Assembly (NCBI GenBank): GCA_973895155.1
Contig: OZ316898.1
Coordinates: 18,735,292-18,799,291 of the forward strand
DNA: 64,000 nt
From: Marsupella aquatica
Lineage: Eukaryota > Plantae > Marchantiophyta
Direction: 5' to 3'
Shown here: positions 1 to 13,055 of the stretch, piece by piece
Layout of the letters: each line of letters opens with the position of its first letter
Position numbering within the stretch: position 1 is the first letter of the stretch
Notes under the pieces: model-generated
Told to the model about the DNA's origin: nothing
Seen by the model: only the letters and a program-made list of their open reading frames with translations
Databases searched by the model: none
Position numbers and translations under genes: made by a program

Positions 1-260
1 ACCTTCCACATGTTTCTAAACGTAGTCAATCAGGGTGCTGCTATTTTACAATTTGTGTTCCCCATGCCTCTCTTGGCTGAAGCTGGACTGTATACACACT
101 TGTAGGTGGATTTTTTTATCTCGAGGACAAACTATGATTGAGTTGGGTGTCAAGCTGAATCACTCAGCTCTTTTGAAGTTAAAGATGACTTCCTTTGTAA
201 TCTGGTATGTACACAAATCCGTGGAGCAAAATTGTGGGAGAAGAGGCTTCCACGATAGGA

Positions 261-1481
261 TCAGGATCTAGGAGAACAGTTCTTCAAGCTGTGCTGTAGT
301 TGTTGGAGAAGTTGAGCAGCTCTTTGCTTGGTTCTTGCGTTGATTTGGTGGTGACCCGATTCAACAAGACGAGATAATTGCATCAAAATTCCCACTTGCC
401 CAGCTGCTTCATCGACACATCTGTTCGGGGAATGTTGGCAAATTGTCCAAAGACATGAAACTGCACTCTCTGATGCAGTAGGAATGTCATTCACGATGAT
501 TCTGACCAGCAGTGGCACCACTAGGGCGTGAGCTGTGACTGCCTCCCTCCCCTCTGGACTTGAGCAGAGGAGCTCCATCAATTTCGTTAGTATTTGCAAC
601 TGGCTTCTTCTCTTTGTTTCCAACAGAAGGTCCACCACTGCAAACACCACACCAATCTCCACAGCTCTCGCTATATTTTTATCCGGGCCATTCGATATGA
701 TAGAGAGGATGGCATTCAACCCAGCGTCCACTGCTTTGAGGTAAAGATTCTCCTTGAGCAGCTGGACGAGGCCTTCGAAGATGCCGGCTATGTTTCCCAC
801 CGAGGCCTTCACCTCTTTGTCTCCATGAGCAAGGCTGTCCAGTAACAGGGCAGCGTTCACTCTTCCATCTATGCTTCCTCTGTTGAGCAGCCAGGAGATG
901 ACTGTGAGCTGCTTTGTTCCGATGTGAACGAGCTTTCTCATGTCTTGCAGTGGAAGGAGTATGAGGATGCCCAGTGCCTCCTCACAAGCGTGCACATCCT
1001 TGCTCAAACTGTTAGGAGAGAAGACAAAGTTTGCCAGAACTGGCATTGCACCTGCCTCCGCTAGAACTGCCCTGTTTCGAGTGCCCTGATTCAAATCCTT
1101 GGCTAGACACCTCAATTCCTTGAGAGTATTTAATGAATTTACTCCCCTTGTGGCCACTTCTCTCAGCATTTCCGTCACAGGTCGCCGCTTGGCTTCATTT
1201 GTGGAGGACACTACAGAAACTACCTCCTCTACGGCTGCTCCATAGGAATAATTATTGGATGAGCACCACTGTTGAATCAGCCTCTGCAACGTCTGGTTGG
1301 GGGCAGTGCCCATGTTGCATAACACCTGCATTGTGGATGGGCAGGTGTTGTGCCCCTCAGCGAACCATTTTTCAATGCTTCTCCTATCATAAGTCTGCCC
1401 TGTCGTCAGCGTCACTGGATCCTTCATCAATTGTAGAGAAATTGGACAAATAAAGAAATTGGGGACTGCCGCCTTCACCAT
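261..1481 (-). CDS. Plant U-box/ARM-repeat E3 ubiquitin ligase (CMPG1-like architecture: U-box + ARM, no UND), paralogue 1, ~406 aa, intronless
   Basis: U-box motif PNFFICPISLQLMKDPVTLTTGQTYDRRSIEKWFAEGHNTCPST followed by ARM-like helical repeats. The ORF track starts at a GTG (1580); the first ATG at 1481 aligns with the paralogue starts. Confidence 0.93.
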   Translation of the reverse strand: MVKAAVPNFFICPISLQLMKDPVTLTTGQTYDRRSIEKWFAEGHNTCPSTMQVLCNMGTAPNQTLQRLIQQWCSSNNYSYGAAVEEVVSVVSSTNEAKRRPVTEMLREVATRGVNSLNTLKELRCLAKDLNQGTRNRAVLAEAGAMPVLANFVFSPNSLSKDVHACEEALGILILLPLQDMRKLVHIGTKQLTVISWLLNRGSIDGRVNAALLLDSLAHGDKEVKASVGNIAGIFEGLVQLLKENLYLKAVDAGLNAILSIISNGPDKNIARAVEIGVVFAVVDLLLETKRRSQLQILTKLMELLCSSPEGREAVTAHALVVPLLVRIIVNDIPTASESAVSCLWTICQHSPNRCVDEAAGQVGILMQLSRLVESGHHQINARTKQRAAQLLQQLQHSLKNCSPRS

Positions 1482-2690
1482 CTTGAATCTTGAATCTTCT
1501 TGCCTGTTGCTGTTATGAACTTCTCCGTGGATCCACACTAGCTCCTCAACTCCAAGATTGTAACTATCTCCTGCAGTCACCTATCACTAGAGGGAGCTTC
1601 CTTTCCGCTGAATGAGGTCTGCTTTCTATGTTGAGCTCTGCATACAAAATGGTTTGTGAGCTTGATGAAGTTCAGAGGACGGCCAGTTAGCTATATACTC
1701 CAGCCAACAGAATGTGGGCCGTTATGTCTTAGCTTGCCTGAATTGTTATTGTCTTTGCTGTCTTCTCCAGGCTCCAGTTCCGAGCTCCAAGGGACACGGT
1801 GCAAGCTGTAATTATAAATGTTTATGTCCACAGATGGGGCTCCTTGGGAATTTCGGTCGGTGAACTTGTTGGCTGTCTGGTCGCTTGCGTGGATGTGTCC
1901 TTTGAGGTTGCCATTTTGCTTTGGTGCTCAATTTCGCTTGTCTAACAGTTAGTTGCTGTTGAAGTATGTCTGATGTCGATTGATCCATCTAGCTCAGTAT
2001 AGCAAGGAAGCCATGTGCCTTGGATGTGCCAGCAATAGAGACATAATGAAATGAGAATTCAAGAGACAGAGAGCCCATGTTTGGCACTCAACTGCGAAAC
2101 TTCACCGCCCCTACCCTTCCGAGTGAGCGAGGCCAACTGGACCAGCGCGTATGGTTAAGAGAGTTTGATTTCGGGGGACAACTTGAACGGAGGCCCGAAT
2201 TACCACGTAGTTTGTGGGGACGGTTTGAAGTTTCAATGACGAATTGCGAGATTCTTGGATCACATTTGAGATTATTTTGTAAAGCCAATGATTCCACGAA
2301 ATTGTACACAGGAGGAGCACGTGCCCAAACCAAATCTGCTCCCCGCCCTCTGCAGGAGAGCCCTTTCAGCATCATCTTGTGTGCGTTCCCTTTCCTCCCC
2401 TGACAAGCTATGAGAAGCTCAAATCCTGCCTCCATGGCCTTTGGAGCGCCACTCCTGCTCAATGAACAGGGCGAATCCGTGATGCCACTGACAACTCCAG
2501 TAAATGTCAAGGTCTCCACAATGGAAATGTTTGCTTCAAGTACACCATGTTTCCAAAATTTCCTCCGTAGTGTTCGTTCAGGGCCAAGAGCAAAGTTTAG
2601 GCTCTTCCAATTCCTGTCTCTCGGATCAGGTATCTAAGGGTAATTACACCACACATCAAATTGATTATCGGGGAACTGATTGATTCGTTA

Positions 2691-2926
2691 CTGGGCCTTC
2701 TTTCTTTTGCCTGGAAAGACATGAAAAGCTACTTTGTAGAGTTGATTCTCCGGACTATGGCAATTGCCGTGGACATTAACTCATTCTGTTATATCCTCCA
2801 TTTCGAACTCTGTGCTGGGCCTTCTTACTTTTTGCCTTGAAAGACTTGGAAGACTTGGAAGAGTAGTTTATCTATTTGATTCCCGGATACTGGCAATTGC
2901 CGTGGACATTAATTCATTCTGTTATA
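2691..2926. repeat. Two imperfect direct copies of a ~105-bp unit (2691-2793, 2815-2926)
   Basis: ctgggccttct...ttgattc.cgga..tggcaattgccgtggacattaa.tcattctgttata occurs twice. Confidence 0.8.
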
Positions 2927-5327
2927 CTCTTCGTTTAGAACTTATGATCCATTGCTGCTTAATTTTGCAAATGTCAATTCACAACGACGGCAGCCCCCGG
3001 GGCACCATGCTGTAAAACTGTGTCCAGCGCTCTCGGTCTCTCTCTCTCAAGGCCACCGTAGATGTCGATGTCTTCTCCAGCCGGCTGGCTACAGGGGAGA
3101 CAGACATGACTGTGTCTGTCGGATGGGTTCACTGTTGGATTGATTGGCCAACAAATTGGTGATTGTTTCCACGTTTGATCGCATGTTCTTTAGTGGTATT
3201 CAATTGCTGTGTTTTCCGAAGTTGGTTCGTGTGAGGGACTCCCACCCTAGCCAGCGGCAGCTTGACACACGCTGTGATGGATCCGATATAATCATTATTT
3301 CATCATGAGGAGTTGGTTGTTGCATTTGATTCCACCACACGGAGAGGGACTCGAACTGTCGAACCGCCCGCAGGACAGGTTTATTAAAAGAGCATACTCA
3401 TATCACTGTTTGATGATCTTACTCTGGTGAGTAATTGTAAGCTAGTGATCATCAAATGAGGTCACCCTTGTCCGTCGATTCTCTACGTCAGTACAGTGTA
3501 TGATTTCAGGAGTACGTCTCTCGTCAATCGAGTCCACACCTTGATTGCCGGTGTCGCACGTCCTCTCCCTGGAACCTACCGCATGTACCGTCTGTGGTTC
3601 GGTGTTTCACCGATGTCTTTCTTCAATGAGTGGTTTTGGAATCTTGCGGATGACTGTCTAGACTTGGTTGATCGTGGAGGGTCAGTGTTCTACTTTCCCC
3701 TAACCTCGTCCCAAAAGATTGGACTTGTGTCTGAAATCTTTTGCTCTCTAGCTTCTCCCTTTCGAAAGGAGGGTTCTCGGCAAAGTGTGGCAACTGGATC
3801 ACTGTATTTTAATTGCTACGCTGATCTCTGGCTTATTTGGGGCGTTGGGACTAGCCAACCTCATCGTCCGTTCAAAAATTGTGACCGGAATTCTTTTGCA
3901 GCTGGGGTCACTCGTCTATTTTGCACGTTTCTGGAAGTTCGAATTTCTCACGTAGCTGCAAACTCGCAACATATACCTTGTAGGGTTGTCTCAGGCGCTC
4001 CTCCCTGTAATGTCCTTCTGTGTGGTTTCTGTGTTGTCTGCAGAATTGATGGAAGCCATTGCAATCAGTCGACAGATGGGAATTAAGTACCCGCTGATAT
4101 CAAAATTCATAGAGAGGTGGTTTCATTAGAGATCCCAAGTGCTGAAGTGGTGGAAGCCACAATTACGACATCTCATACTGCATTAGTTTACTGAAGGGAA
4201 TGAAGTTCCCGTTGATATAAAATTCAAAGAGAGGTGGTTTCATTGAAGATTCCAAGAAGACAACTTATCAGGCCGTGACTAAGAGATTTCGTCGATATGA
4301 GATTCATGAGAGGTGGTCTCCTTGGACATCCCATGAAGTTGTTAGACCATCACTCAGATGTGCGACTTGCAATCTCCATGGCTCAGTATACTATTTATTA
4401 TCGTCTCTGAGTCAGACTTTACAACCTTTGAAACGCAGGAAAGATTCCAAAAAGTTTGCAATTGAGTTCGTTACGAAAATAAATGACCCTTTGAGTGATG
4501 ACACTGGCAACATCAACATCAAATAGGAATGGAATTATCCCCTGAACCTTTGAGTGATGAGACTGACAACAACTCTCCCATAACGCCAGTGTTTTCAAAA
4601 ACCAACTTCTCTGCTTGGCCTTGTTAATTCAAAATCAACACCTCGGCCGGCCTTGTCCTTAGCATTCAACACATTCGCCTGAGTCTCATTAGTCACAGAT
4701 TTGCCCTTAAATTGAGCTTCGATATCAGCCGAATCGGTTGTTATGTTCTTCATGTAACACACTCCGTACTCATGAACACTCTAGGGAATGTCATGGTAGA
4801 CTCATTTTAGACATGTTCGTGACAACAGCAGGTCACTGGATATCGACTTCTAGAGTGGTTTTGCTCGTCTGGTAGTGAAAATGAGGCTGTTTTCGATGTA
4901 AATTCTTCCATCTGCGAGGGGCACGATGCAAGAGTACGCCGTGTCCAAAACAGATTCTTTGGGGTGATCACAATTGGGTACAAGTTCGTCCATCTCCGAG
5001 GAGCAGTCAATGTAAGACCACGTGCTCAAAAGACATTCGTTTAAGTGATCACAATTTGGGTAAGTACTTCATAAAATGAGGTATCTACAATTCAGTGCAC
5101 CCAAATTATCGATCAAGCTCGACAACTCCACTAGGCATTGGGCCAAACGACAAAATGCAAAACGGGAAACTAAAATTAAGTTGACAAGCCAATCTTATTG
5201 ATTGCCCTCCACACTTAAGGCACGAAAATGAAATTTGCAGCATGCCAAGACTGTAGAGGAGAACAAGACCAACGATTTGTACTTCGATAAGTATACAGTC
5301 CTTTTTACAACAAGAATCCCTCTAGTC

Positions 5328-7955
5328 CTACTTCACAAGAACCCCTACCATGGAGATGTTAGCCTGGCCCCTAATGGAAACTCTGCCAATCTTTTTGTCC
5401 ATAGAGAGCGCCAGTATTCCTCCTCGTTGCGATACCTGCCACCAGCACAAGAAAGATACCGCAGTAAGAGATGAGACACAACGCAAGGCTAGGTCGGAAA
5501 AAACCCGACTGATTTGGCTCTATTTTACGATCGGAATGACTGGTTTTGTGGCCCTGGGATTGTTCAGCATTGCACCAGCTCCAAAGAAAGTACAGAAGCT
5601 GCAGACAAATAGAGATGGGGGGAAGAGAAGATACACCAGAACAGCCCAAGAGAAAGTGCAGAAATCAAATGCTCTCCAAATCACGCTCTTCAATTGTCTG
5701 CAGCAAACTCTACCAGCATAAACATACCTGGTGAGCTAGTAGGTCGTACTTGTCGGTTTTCGTTGCCCAGTACGGTCCCAGGATAGAATGAGCACTTCCA
5801 GTGACAGGGTCCTGCAGGGACGGTTGATCTCTTTAACCTTAAAAAGTGTGAAGATGAAAGAATTTTTGGCAAGTGTCTCCTAAAGCGGAGTCCATTCCAA
5901 AATTTGGGCTCTAAAGGGTTGTGAATTGGTATGACCGGCACGTGCAAAGGAGAGTCACAAAATCTGATTGGACCATAAAACTGTACTAAGTTTTTTCCAT
6001 AATGAAGGCAGAATATCATACCTCATTCATTCCCAATTTTGGCAAGAAGACCCTAGAAACAAAATCGAACCCTGAAGTTTCTCCTCCTGGAGCTATAGCG
6101 AGTAAGCCGTCACTATCGCACTTGAGCAATTCTTGCATATTTGGCTGCAGTTTGTCCATTTCCTCGCGCGTTTCAAGTTCAACCTGCACAAAATTTCAGA
6201 TGCCTGATTGTCAGACCAGCGATATCAAGAGGCAAGGAATAGAGAAAAGTGTGAAGGTGGAGGTTGCCTCATTTAACTATAGTGGAGAGCATGAACGCAG
6301 CAATGGAATTGAGAACCGACTAGCTGAATTTATGCCCAATGCTAGAGATAGAAAGACATTGTCGAGAACGCGGGGCATGGATTAACAATCTCTAAAACTG
6401 TCCATAGTTAAACGAGAGAAGATAGGAACGAATGAACTTGAGGTCCAACCAGACCCACCCAATCAGGCTATGGTGCTATGGTACCAACATAGTATATAGA
6501 CTTTTCAAAACGCGAAGCCACGTATCAGAAAGAATGAGCAGCAAATACAGGAAACTAATTAGATAGCTCATCAATATTCCTGATCTTCAAAAGATGTCTG
6601 AAGAACTGGCCAGATATAAACTGATGACTTGATTGATTTCCACTTAGGTGGTTTAAACTCAGCTCTAGCCACAAACTCGTCACAAAACTGAAGCGAGGTA
6701 GCTGGGCTTACAATTAGATAACTCGAAGCTTTTCCCAAAGAGACTGATGTCGCAGTCCTTAGGGTATCAGATAGAGCCTCGACATCAGAATTGGAAGCTG
6801 GAGTAGTTGTTATCCAGGGAAAATTCATCTCAATAAGTTCTATTTTGGGCGTTTTTGTCTCCTCACTTGAATCAGTTTGAGCGTCACTCCCTTTTGGTCC
6901 TAAACAACGGGATGATAAAATTCCGCCCTTTGTGTGGAAGAATATAGTATCCTGCTTGCTGACAGCTCCAGAATCGTATAGGAGATGAGAAGTTGCAAAG
7001 GTGCCAAGTCCGCATAAACTCACCTGCACAGCATTCAAATTGTTCATTGTGGCATAGGAGATCTACTGGTACCAACTACAAGTAATCTCGACGAAGTAAT
7101 TTCTCTGAAATTTGATTCAAGAAACTGCAATGCTCGTTTGCTTTGCTCCCCTAGTAAAGGAAATATCGCTACTAGCTTAATGTCCGTGCTTGACTTCACT
7201 GGTGTGACGTATCAAGAATAAGATACCTCTCCTTTAAATATGAAAATTAAGTATCATCAACATTTTCTGATTAAAAAGGAACGGAAAATTAACTACCGCG
7301 GGTAGAAGTTCCTTAACATGGTAAAGGGAAGAGCAGAGCAGGCATGAGCTCGAAAATTCAAAACCTTGGCTTCGAAGCTTTGCAACGAAGAACTAAGACC
7401 CTCAATCGCAGACTGTCAAGTTTTGACCCCTTGGTAGCTGCTGTAGAGTCAAACAACCAAATATCAATGTCAATACCCACCTCGCATCCAGGAGTGAACC
7501 ATCGTAGATCGTACTCATGAATTACAGGTCGAGGTTCCCGTGTTAGGGCGGAACTTTCGTTGCTGTCCACCATTTGTTCATTTCGCTCTTCCTTTTCAGG
7601 CTTCTTCACAGAAAATGCAGTTGCAGATAGGTTGAACTTAGCTGCAACATCTTGCATCCACTTGTCGTCTTTCCACTCCGAGAGGACAACCACTGCTGCA
7701 GCATTGCCTTTGCAATTCTCTCCAACGAAACCATCAACCTGCCATAAAAACAAGAGTTGCAAGATCTCAGTGTCTAAGCCATCGGTGAATACCTTGCTCG
7801 CTTAGCCCCTTCAAAAATGAAAATGTAAGCCATTTCACATCAGCTAATTGCACCTTAAGAAGAAAGAGACTCACAACAGCGTATGGGATCGACTCAGGCG
7901 ACCGAAACAGAGATTCGAAAGCTTGAGCTAGCGAACGATCGCTTCCCGACCCCAT
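5328..7955 (-). CDS. PhzF/PhzC (phenazine-biosynthesis-like, DAP-epimerase fold) family protein, six exons: 7955-7875, 7738-7481, 7023-6712, 6183-6022, 5811-5728, 5435-5328; ~334 aa
   Basis: All five introns are GT-AG and phase 0. The spliced product has family motifs VDGF..GNAAAV, FNLSATAF, YDLRWFTPGCEVSLCG, DFVSRVFLPKLGMNEDPVTGSAH, QVSQRGG, RVSIRGQA and a TAG stop at 5330-5328. Confidence 0.88.
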
Positions 7956-9199
7956 CACGGCTTCGACTGTTCAGATCCGGAGCTATTCCAGTGCTTCAGC
8001 AGCAGTTAATTTCTAACGTGTTGCTCACTGGCGAGCCACAAACTCGACTGATGGTGGGTCGGCTCAAATTCCAAGCCTCTACGTTCCCTCTCCTTCTGGG
8101 CTACAACTGGAGTCTCAATCCGAGTTCTCAGTCAAACAATTCGGGGTTGAACAGAGGTTCAAATCTCAGTCAAAGAATCCGTGCCTACTGGACACTGATC
8201 CGACATGTAAGCTGAGAGTCATTAATAAAATATGGAGATATGGAGATGGGAGGACAAAGCTTACCAGGAAATGGATCGAGAGAAGTTCTGGAGGGCTTCC
8301 GAATGAAGCTGAGAAGTCTAAAAGCTTGGTACAGTCTTGTGGGCGAGTAATTGAATTCGTGATCAGTTGCCTTGGTGAAGTGACACATGGAGCAGCAGCT
8401 TGGGCCAGCTGGTCCACTTGGCACGATTGAGACACGCTGCCATCAAACTGTATTTTCACCTTCCAGGAAAGACTCGAGTCTGTGTAATTGCACCATGATA
8501 AACCCAATTGTTATGTTTATGTCACTCTATACCATGATACACCCATTTATCCTCTTCCAATCACTGAATGTTATTCTAGTATATTGTCACATCTTGACAT
8601 GGAATTACAGGGACGCAAAAGAATTTAACCTTGCCCATTACGGTACCTTCAAAGAAGTGTGTTTGTGAGGATGAGGATGGCTACAAGCTTAGGGTTTGAT
8701 TCAGTTGATAGGCCCCCAAAATGAATAATGTTACTTGATGGACCCCCTGGGTGATCCAGATTGTTGATCGATAGACCTTAAGTCAATGTACCCAAAATCC
8801 CATGGGTTGGGGAGGAAACTTTGGTTTGGGGGTCCATCAAGCAAATCTCTCCATGGACCCAAACAATCTGTTGATTTTTGCAGGTAAAGTCTAGAGTAGA
8901 TAACATCTTGTGAAGAGGGCGCCAGCTCCAGGGTGACTCTAAGTCATAACACCTGCTGGTTTTTTTACAAAGGAGAGAAGCATGGGCCCCATCAATACCA
9001 AGTGCGAGGACCAAAGGCGCCCAAGCAAGAAGAACAGACGGCAAGCTGCGCCGGTCGAGGTGGACAAGCAGTCCCCACAAAACCCGACCAACTAGTCAGG
9101 TCAGGAACCTTAGACTTCCCTGTGCTGCTTAGTTCTGTTCTACAAAAGGCTACACTACAGTCCCCAACACATTAAGTTCTGCTTTTATCTAGGGCTACC

Positions 9200-10042
9200 G
9201 ATCCAGAACAGCATGTGGGTCAAGATGGCAAACAAAATCATCAAGAGGAGTCTTCACACAGGTGCTGTTGAAGATAGAACAATGTTGGTGGACATCTGGG
9301 CAGGATGGTCTCTCCCCAATTAAGGTCAGTTTTTTCTACGGCGTCTATTTAACCATTGCTTCTCAACTAATGGGCAGTATAGCCATTGGAAGGTATGTGG
9401 TCCGTGGCATTTGCTTCAGATGCAACACATGCTTTGAGCACACTGAACATCTGTTTTTCAGCTGCAACAAAGTGAATGCTAGATGGCGGTAAGTGCAAAC
9501 TCTGGTGCAGTGGTCAAGTGCAAACTCTGGTGCAGTGGTCCCCCGCTCTCAATATTCCTTAACCTTCCTTGTCCACAAAGAAGACTGTTTAAGTTAAGAT
9601 TATCACACTTGCCACAAGGTAACACCAGAAAATCTGTGGAGGTGGCATAACATTGGAAGACTGTATAATATGGTTTTATTTGAATAATAAAAAAAATTTC
9701 TGAAGCTGATGGGTGGATTGATCATAAAGGTTGACCACACAGACTCACTGGACCCAGCACATTTTCCTTTAAAAAGGACCAAGCACATTTTGACACCTGC
9801 AAAGGCAAATTCATACAAAGGAAATATGTTATTTTAGTAAAATATACTGTTCCACCAACTAGTGCCTTTTTTATGGCTTCCATGACCTGACTTGTGGTTT
9901 TGTTCGTCCGCCGGGGTTTTTTGCAGCTTTTGGGCGCTTGGCCCTTCCTATTCCTTTGCTTGGGCGGCTTTTACTCCCCTGCCTGGTTTGATGGCTTTGG
10001 GTCGCTTGTTTTCCAACCCCCCCCCCTCCCAACCAAAAAAAA
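9200..10042 (+). mobile_element. Degenerate, internally deleted 3' fragment of an L1-clade LINE related to the element at 26923-33680
   Basis: gtgggtcaagatg..atcatcaagagg and GICFRCNTCFEHTEHLFFSCNKVNARW match 32070-32900 (GICVRCKLCFEHTEHLFFSCRMVTERW). A T/G-rich tail ends in an A-run at ~10035-10042; the right boundary is uncertain. Confidence 0.7.
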
Positions 10043-11537
10043 GCAGACTGGTTCAGAATGATATATGTCCATTTGTATTGTTCATATATATACAACACTG
10101 CCAAACTAAGAGCAAAAAGAGCCATATTGGGAGACAGGGTCCCAAAGGCAGGAGACCAATGAAGGAAAACCAAGGGGAGAACCAAAGACTAACAAAGAGC
10201 CCAACGGGGATCCCAAGAGGTCAACAATTGAGGACTAAAGCCCTACTGAGCAACAATCTGAAAGCCTGGTTGAGCTCCATAGTAAACCACATATGAGGGT
10301 CATGTAGAGGAATTTGACTAGAGGCCCTAAGACCAACCACCTTGGCTTATGAAGAGTAAAAACTCTGTGTGCCCTTTACAGTGTGACTGACATCTGCTAA
10401 CAAAAGAAGGTAGTGAGTACCAAAACTGGAGGATAAGGCATCCACTCTACACAAAATAATGTGCAAGCCCACAAGGGACATTGGGCCTATCTAAATTGTT
10501 CATCCTCTCAAATGTTAGATTTCTTAGAGTTTTGATTTTGTAATTTCTAGGTACAAGAGGGTTACCCAGACATGTAAAGACTTTTTGGACCTCCCAGCAA
10601 GCAAATCAGTGCGGAACTTGGGGCATGATTTGTTTTTTATTTAGGTAACGCTACTTCATGAGTGTATCCCATGGAATGTCTGACACAATGCTCATGTAGA
10701 CCACAGAAACCCAAACGGACTGGAGAGAAACCCTTTTTGGTTGCAGATAACTTTCGCTTTGTAAATGTTTTTGTACTTGTCTGCCTGACAAATCTGGTCC
10801 CGTTATGGTTGCCAGGTTTATGGGAGTGGTCCATCTGAGCACTACTTTTCAAAAATGTGCTCCAGAAAGGGGTCTCAAATGTCAAAATTGGATGGACCTT
10901 GACTTAGTAGTTAAGGTTAGGAACATGAAAAGTTATAATAGACTACCAAATTCATAATCTATTACTTTGTCCATAAAGATTGGTTATATGCCATGACCAT
11001 AAGTCATTGCATTGTCTCTAGCCTCTACTATGGCCATTGTGTGCCAAAATGGGTGTTGTGTTTTGAATATTGGCTCTGTGTTCAAATATTGGCATTGTTG
11101 TATTACTCATGAGCTTTTCTCATTTGTGTTCAATGTAGAATAGTTTTAAGTCAAAACCCAAACACAACATCCAACTTGAATAGAATGTCAATATTCTAAC
11201 ACAATGCCCAGACCACGATGTATTAAAAAGACATTGTGTTCAAGCTAAAATGTATTTTTTATCATGAGACACTAAAATCTTACATTTTCAAACACAATGC
11301 CATGGATTTGGGTTGGGGGAAACCAGTAGTGGAATTATGATTATTTTGAGTAACACTAAATGACTAGCCCAATGACCCCTTCCTTGAACATAAATAGATA
11401 TGAAGAGAAATCTTGCACAATAAAATTTATATGCTATTTTGGTTAGTCTTTGCCCCATCCTTGTTTTTTTGTCCATTCTCATTTAAGTTTTCTTTCTTTA
11501 AAGTCAATGTCACTTTTGTCCATCCTCACTCATTTAA

Positions 11538-11727
11538 ATTTAACATTTTGAACCTCATCATTAGTTTTGTCTCTATTGAGGGTTTTAACATTTTGAACCT
11601 CATCATTAGTTTTGTCAGTTTTGTCTCTATTGAGAGTTTTGACGTTTTAACCTCATCATTAGTTTTGTCAGTATTGTAGTATTGTCTGTATTGAGAATTT
11701 TAACATTTTGAACCTCATCATTAGTTG
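11538..11727. repeat. Minisatellite, ~4 copies of a 45-60-bp unit
   Basis: ttttaacattttgaacctcatcattagttttgtc..ctattgag is repeated. Confidence 0.85.
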
Positions 11728-12102
11728 TGTCTGAATTGAAAGTTAGGGTCTAGAGGCTTCACTCTTAAAAGTAGACGGGTAGATTTAAGTTGGAGTTTAT
11801 ATAGTAGGTGGGCTCCCTTATTATAGTTGTAAATTATTGTGAACAGAGTATCTAATGACACGGGCACGTTGCCTAACCAGGATGGTAACCTTTCCCGTGG
11901 CGACATCAGCAAATTAAGTAACCGGAGCTACGATAGGCACAATGATAGCAATGGTACGTGTGGCCTGTTGAAGGAGCCGTGACCGAGTTGCCATTCTCTA
12001 CAGTGGCCCAAGTTTTTCTGTGGCAGTTTAGCTCCAAACGATGGCAAATGTCACAGCTCCAGAGGCATCTTGACAATGAGGTCAACTGCTTACACAGACC
12101 AG

Positions 12103-12652
12103 GATCTCGATGATGTGTCAAACTTCACTTTTCCTCGATAAAGGGCCGAACAAATCTCCGCTGTTCTTCATCAGATGCCCTGCTCTGAAGTCTCCAGACC
12201 CACGTTGACGTCTGGTAGATCTTCCTTTGTCCGGGTCAAATCGAAATTAATTAAGGAAAGGGCGGTTCAGTTCGACGAGAAATTTTCCGCCCTTGGGATT
12301 TGGGATTGGCGATGCTCTACAGGTCGTTTTGGGGTTGGTGTCAAGACCGCGAGAGCAGTGAATGCTGCCATGATGACGCAAAGAGAGCTCGATGATGTGT
12401 CAACAATTACTTTTCCTCGATACGGGGCAAACAAACCTCCACTATTCAGCATCAGACAGCCTACTCTTGAGTCTCGAGACCCACTTTGACGTTTAGTAAA
12501 TCTTCATTGGCCGGGTCAAATCGAAACGAGGAAGGTGCGATCCGGTTTGGTGAGAAATTTCGTCTTTAGGTTTTGGGTTTGGCGAGAAACAAAATCTTTC
12601 GTTAGGCTTGGTGTCAAGAGCACGAGAGCAGTGAATCCTGCCATGACGCAAA
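12103..12652. repeat. Diverged tandem duplication, unit ~282 bp
   Basis: ctcgatgatgtgtcaa..acttttcctcgata...ccgggtcaaatcgaaa...ttggtgtcaaga..cgagagcagtgaat.ctgccatga occurs twice. Confidence 0.8.
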
Positions 12653-12868
12653 TAGTTGTTGAGGCCAATGGCGAGCACCCGACAGATGCGGGGCTAATGG
12701 CTTTGCGCCTCGATACCGTCAAGAGGGAAGAAAGAGTCTAAATATGTGCTTAACCAATGGAAACTTGATTCTAACTTCTAGGAATGTAAAATATCTGTGG
12801 GACGTTATGAACGATCGACATTTTATGAACAGAGACCGAAACGTGTTATGAACGATAATAGTATTTTT

Positions 12869-13055
12869 TATTTTTGGGTGCCCAGAGGAGAGAGCAGAAA
12901 TGAACAGAGTAACCTGCTGTTATGCCATTGTGCGAGACCTTGCTTGAAATCATGGCACTACTAATTTTTGGGTGCCCCAGAGCAGACAGCAGAAATGAAC
13001 AGTGTAACCTGCTGTTGTGCCATTGTGCGAGACGTTGCTTGAATCAAGGCACTAC
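12869..13055. repeat. Tandem duplication, unit ~95 bp
   Basis: ttttgggtgccc..agag..gcagaaatgaacag.gtaacctgctgtt.tgccattgtgcgagac.ttgcttgaa..ggcactact occurs twice. Confidence 0.85.

Noticed and set aside
1482-1580. N-terminal extension of U-box gene 1 in the ORF track
   Set aside because: Starts at GTG and has no counterpart in the paralogues.
2088-4086. ORFs 2088-2519, 2077-2403 and 3496-4086, and exon-like stretches on the minus strand
   Set aside because: No recognisable domain and no consistent spliced model could be built; may be a decayed gene.
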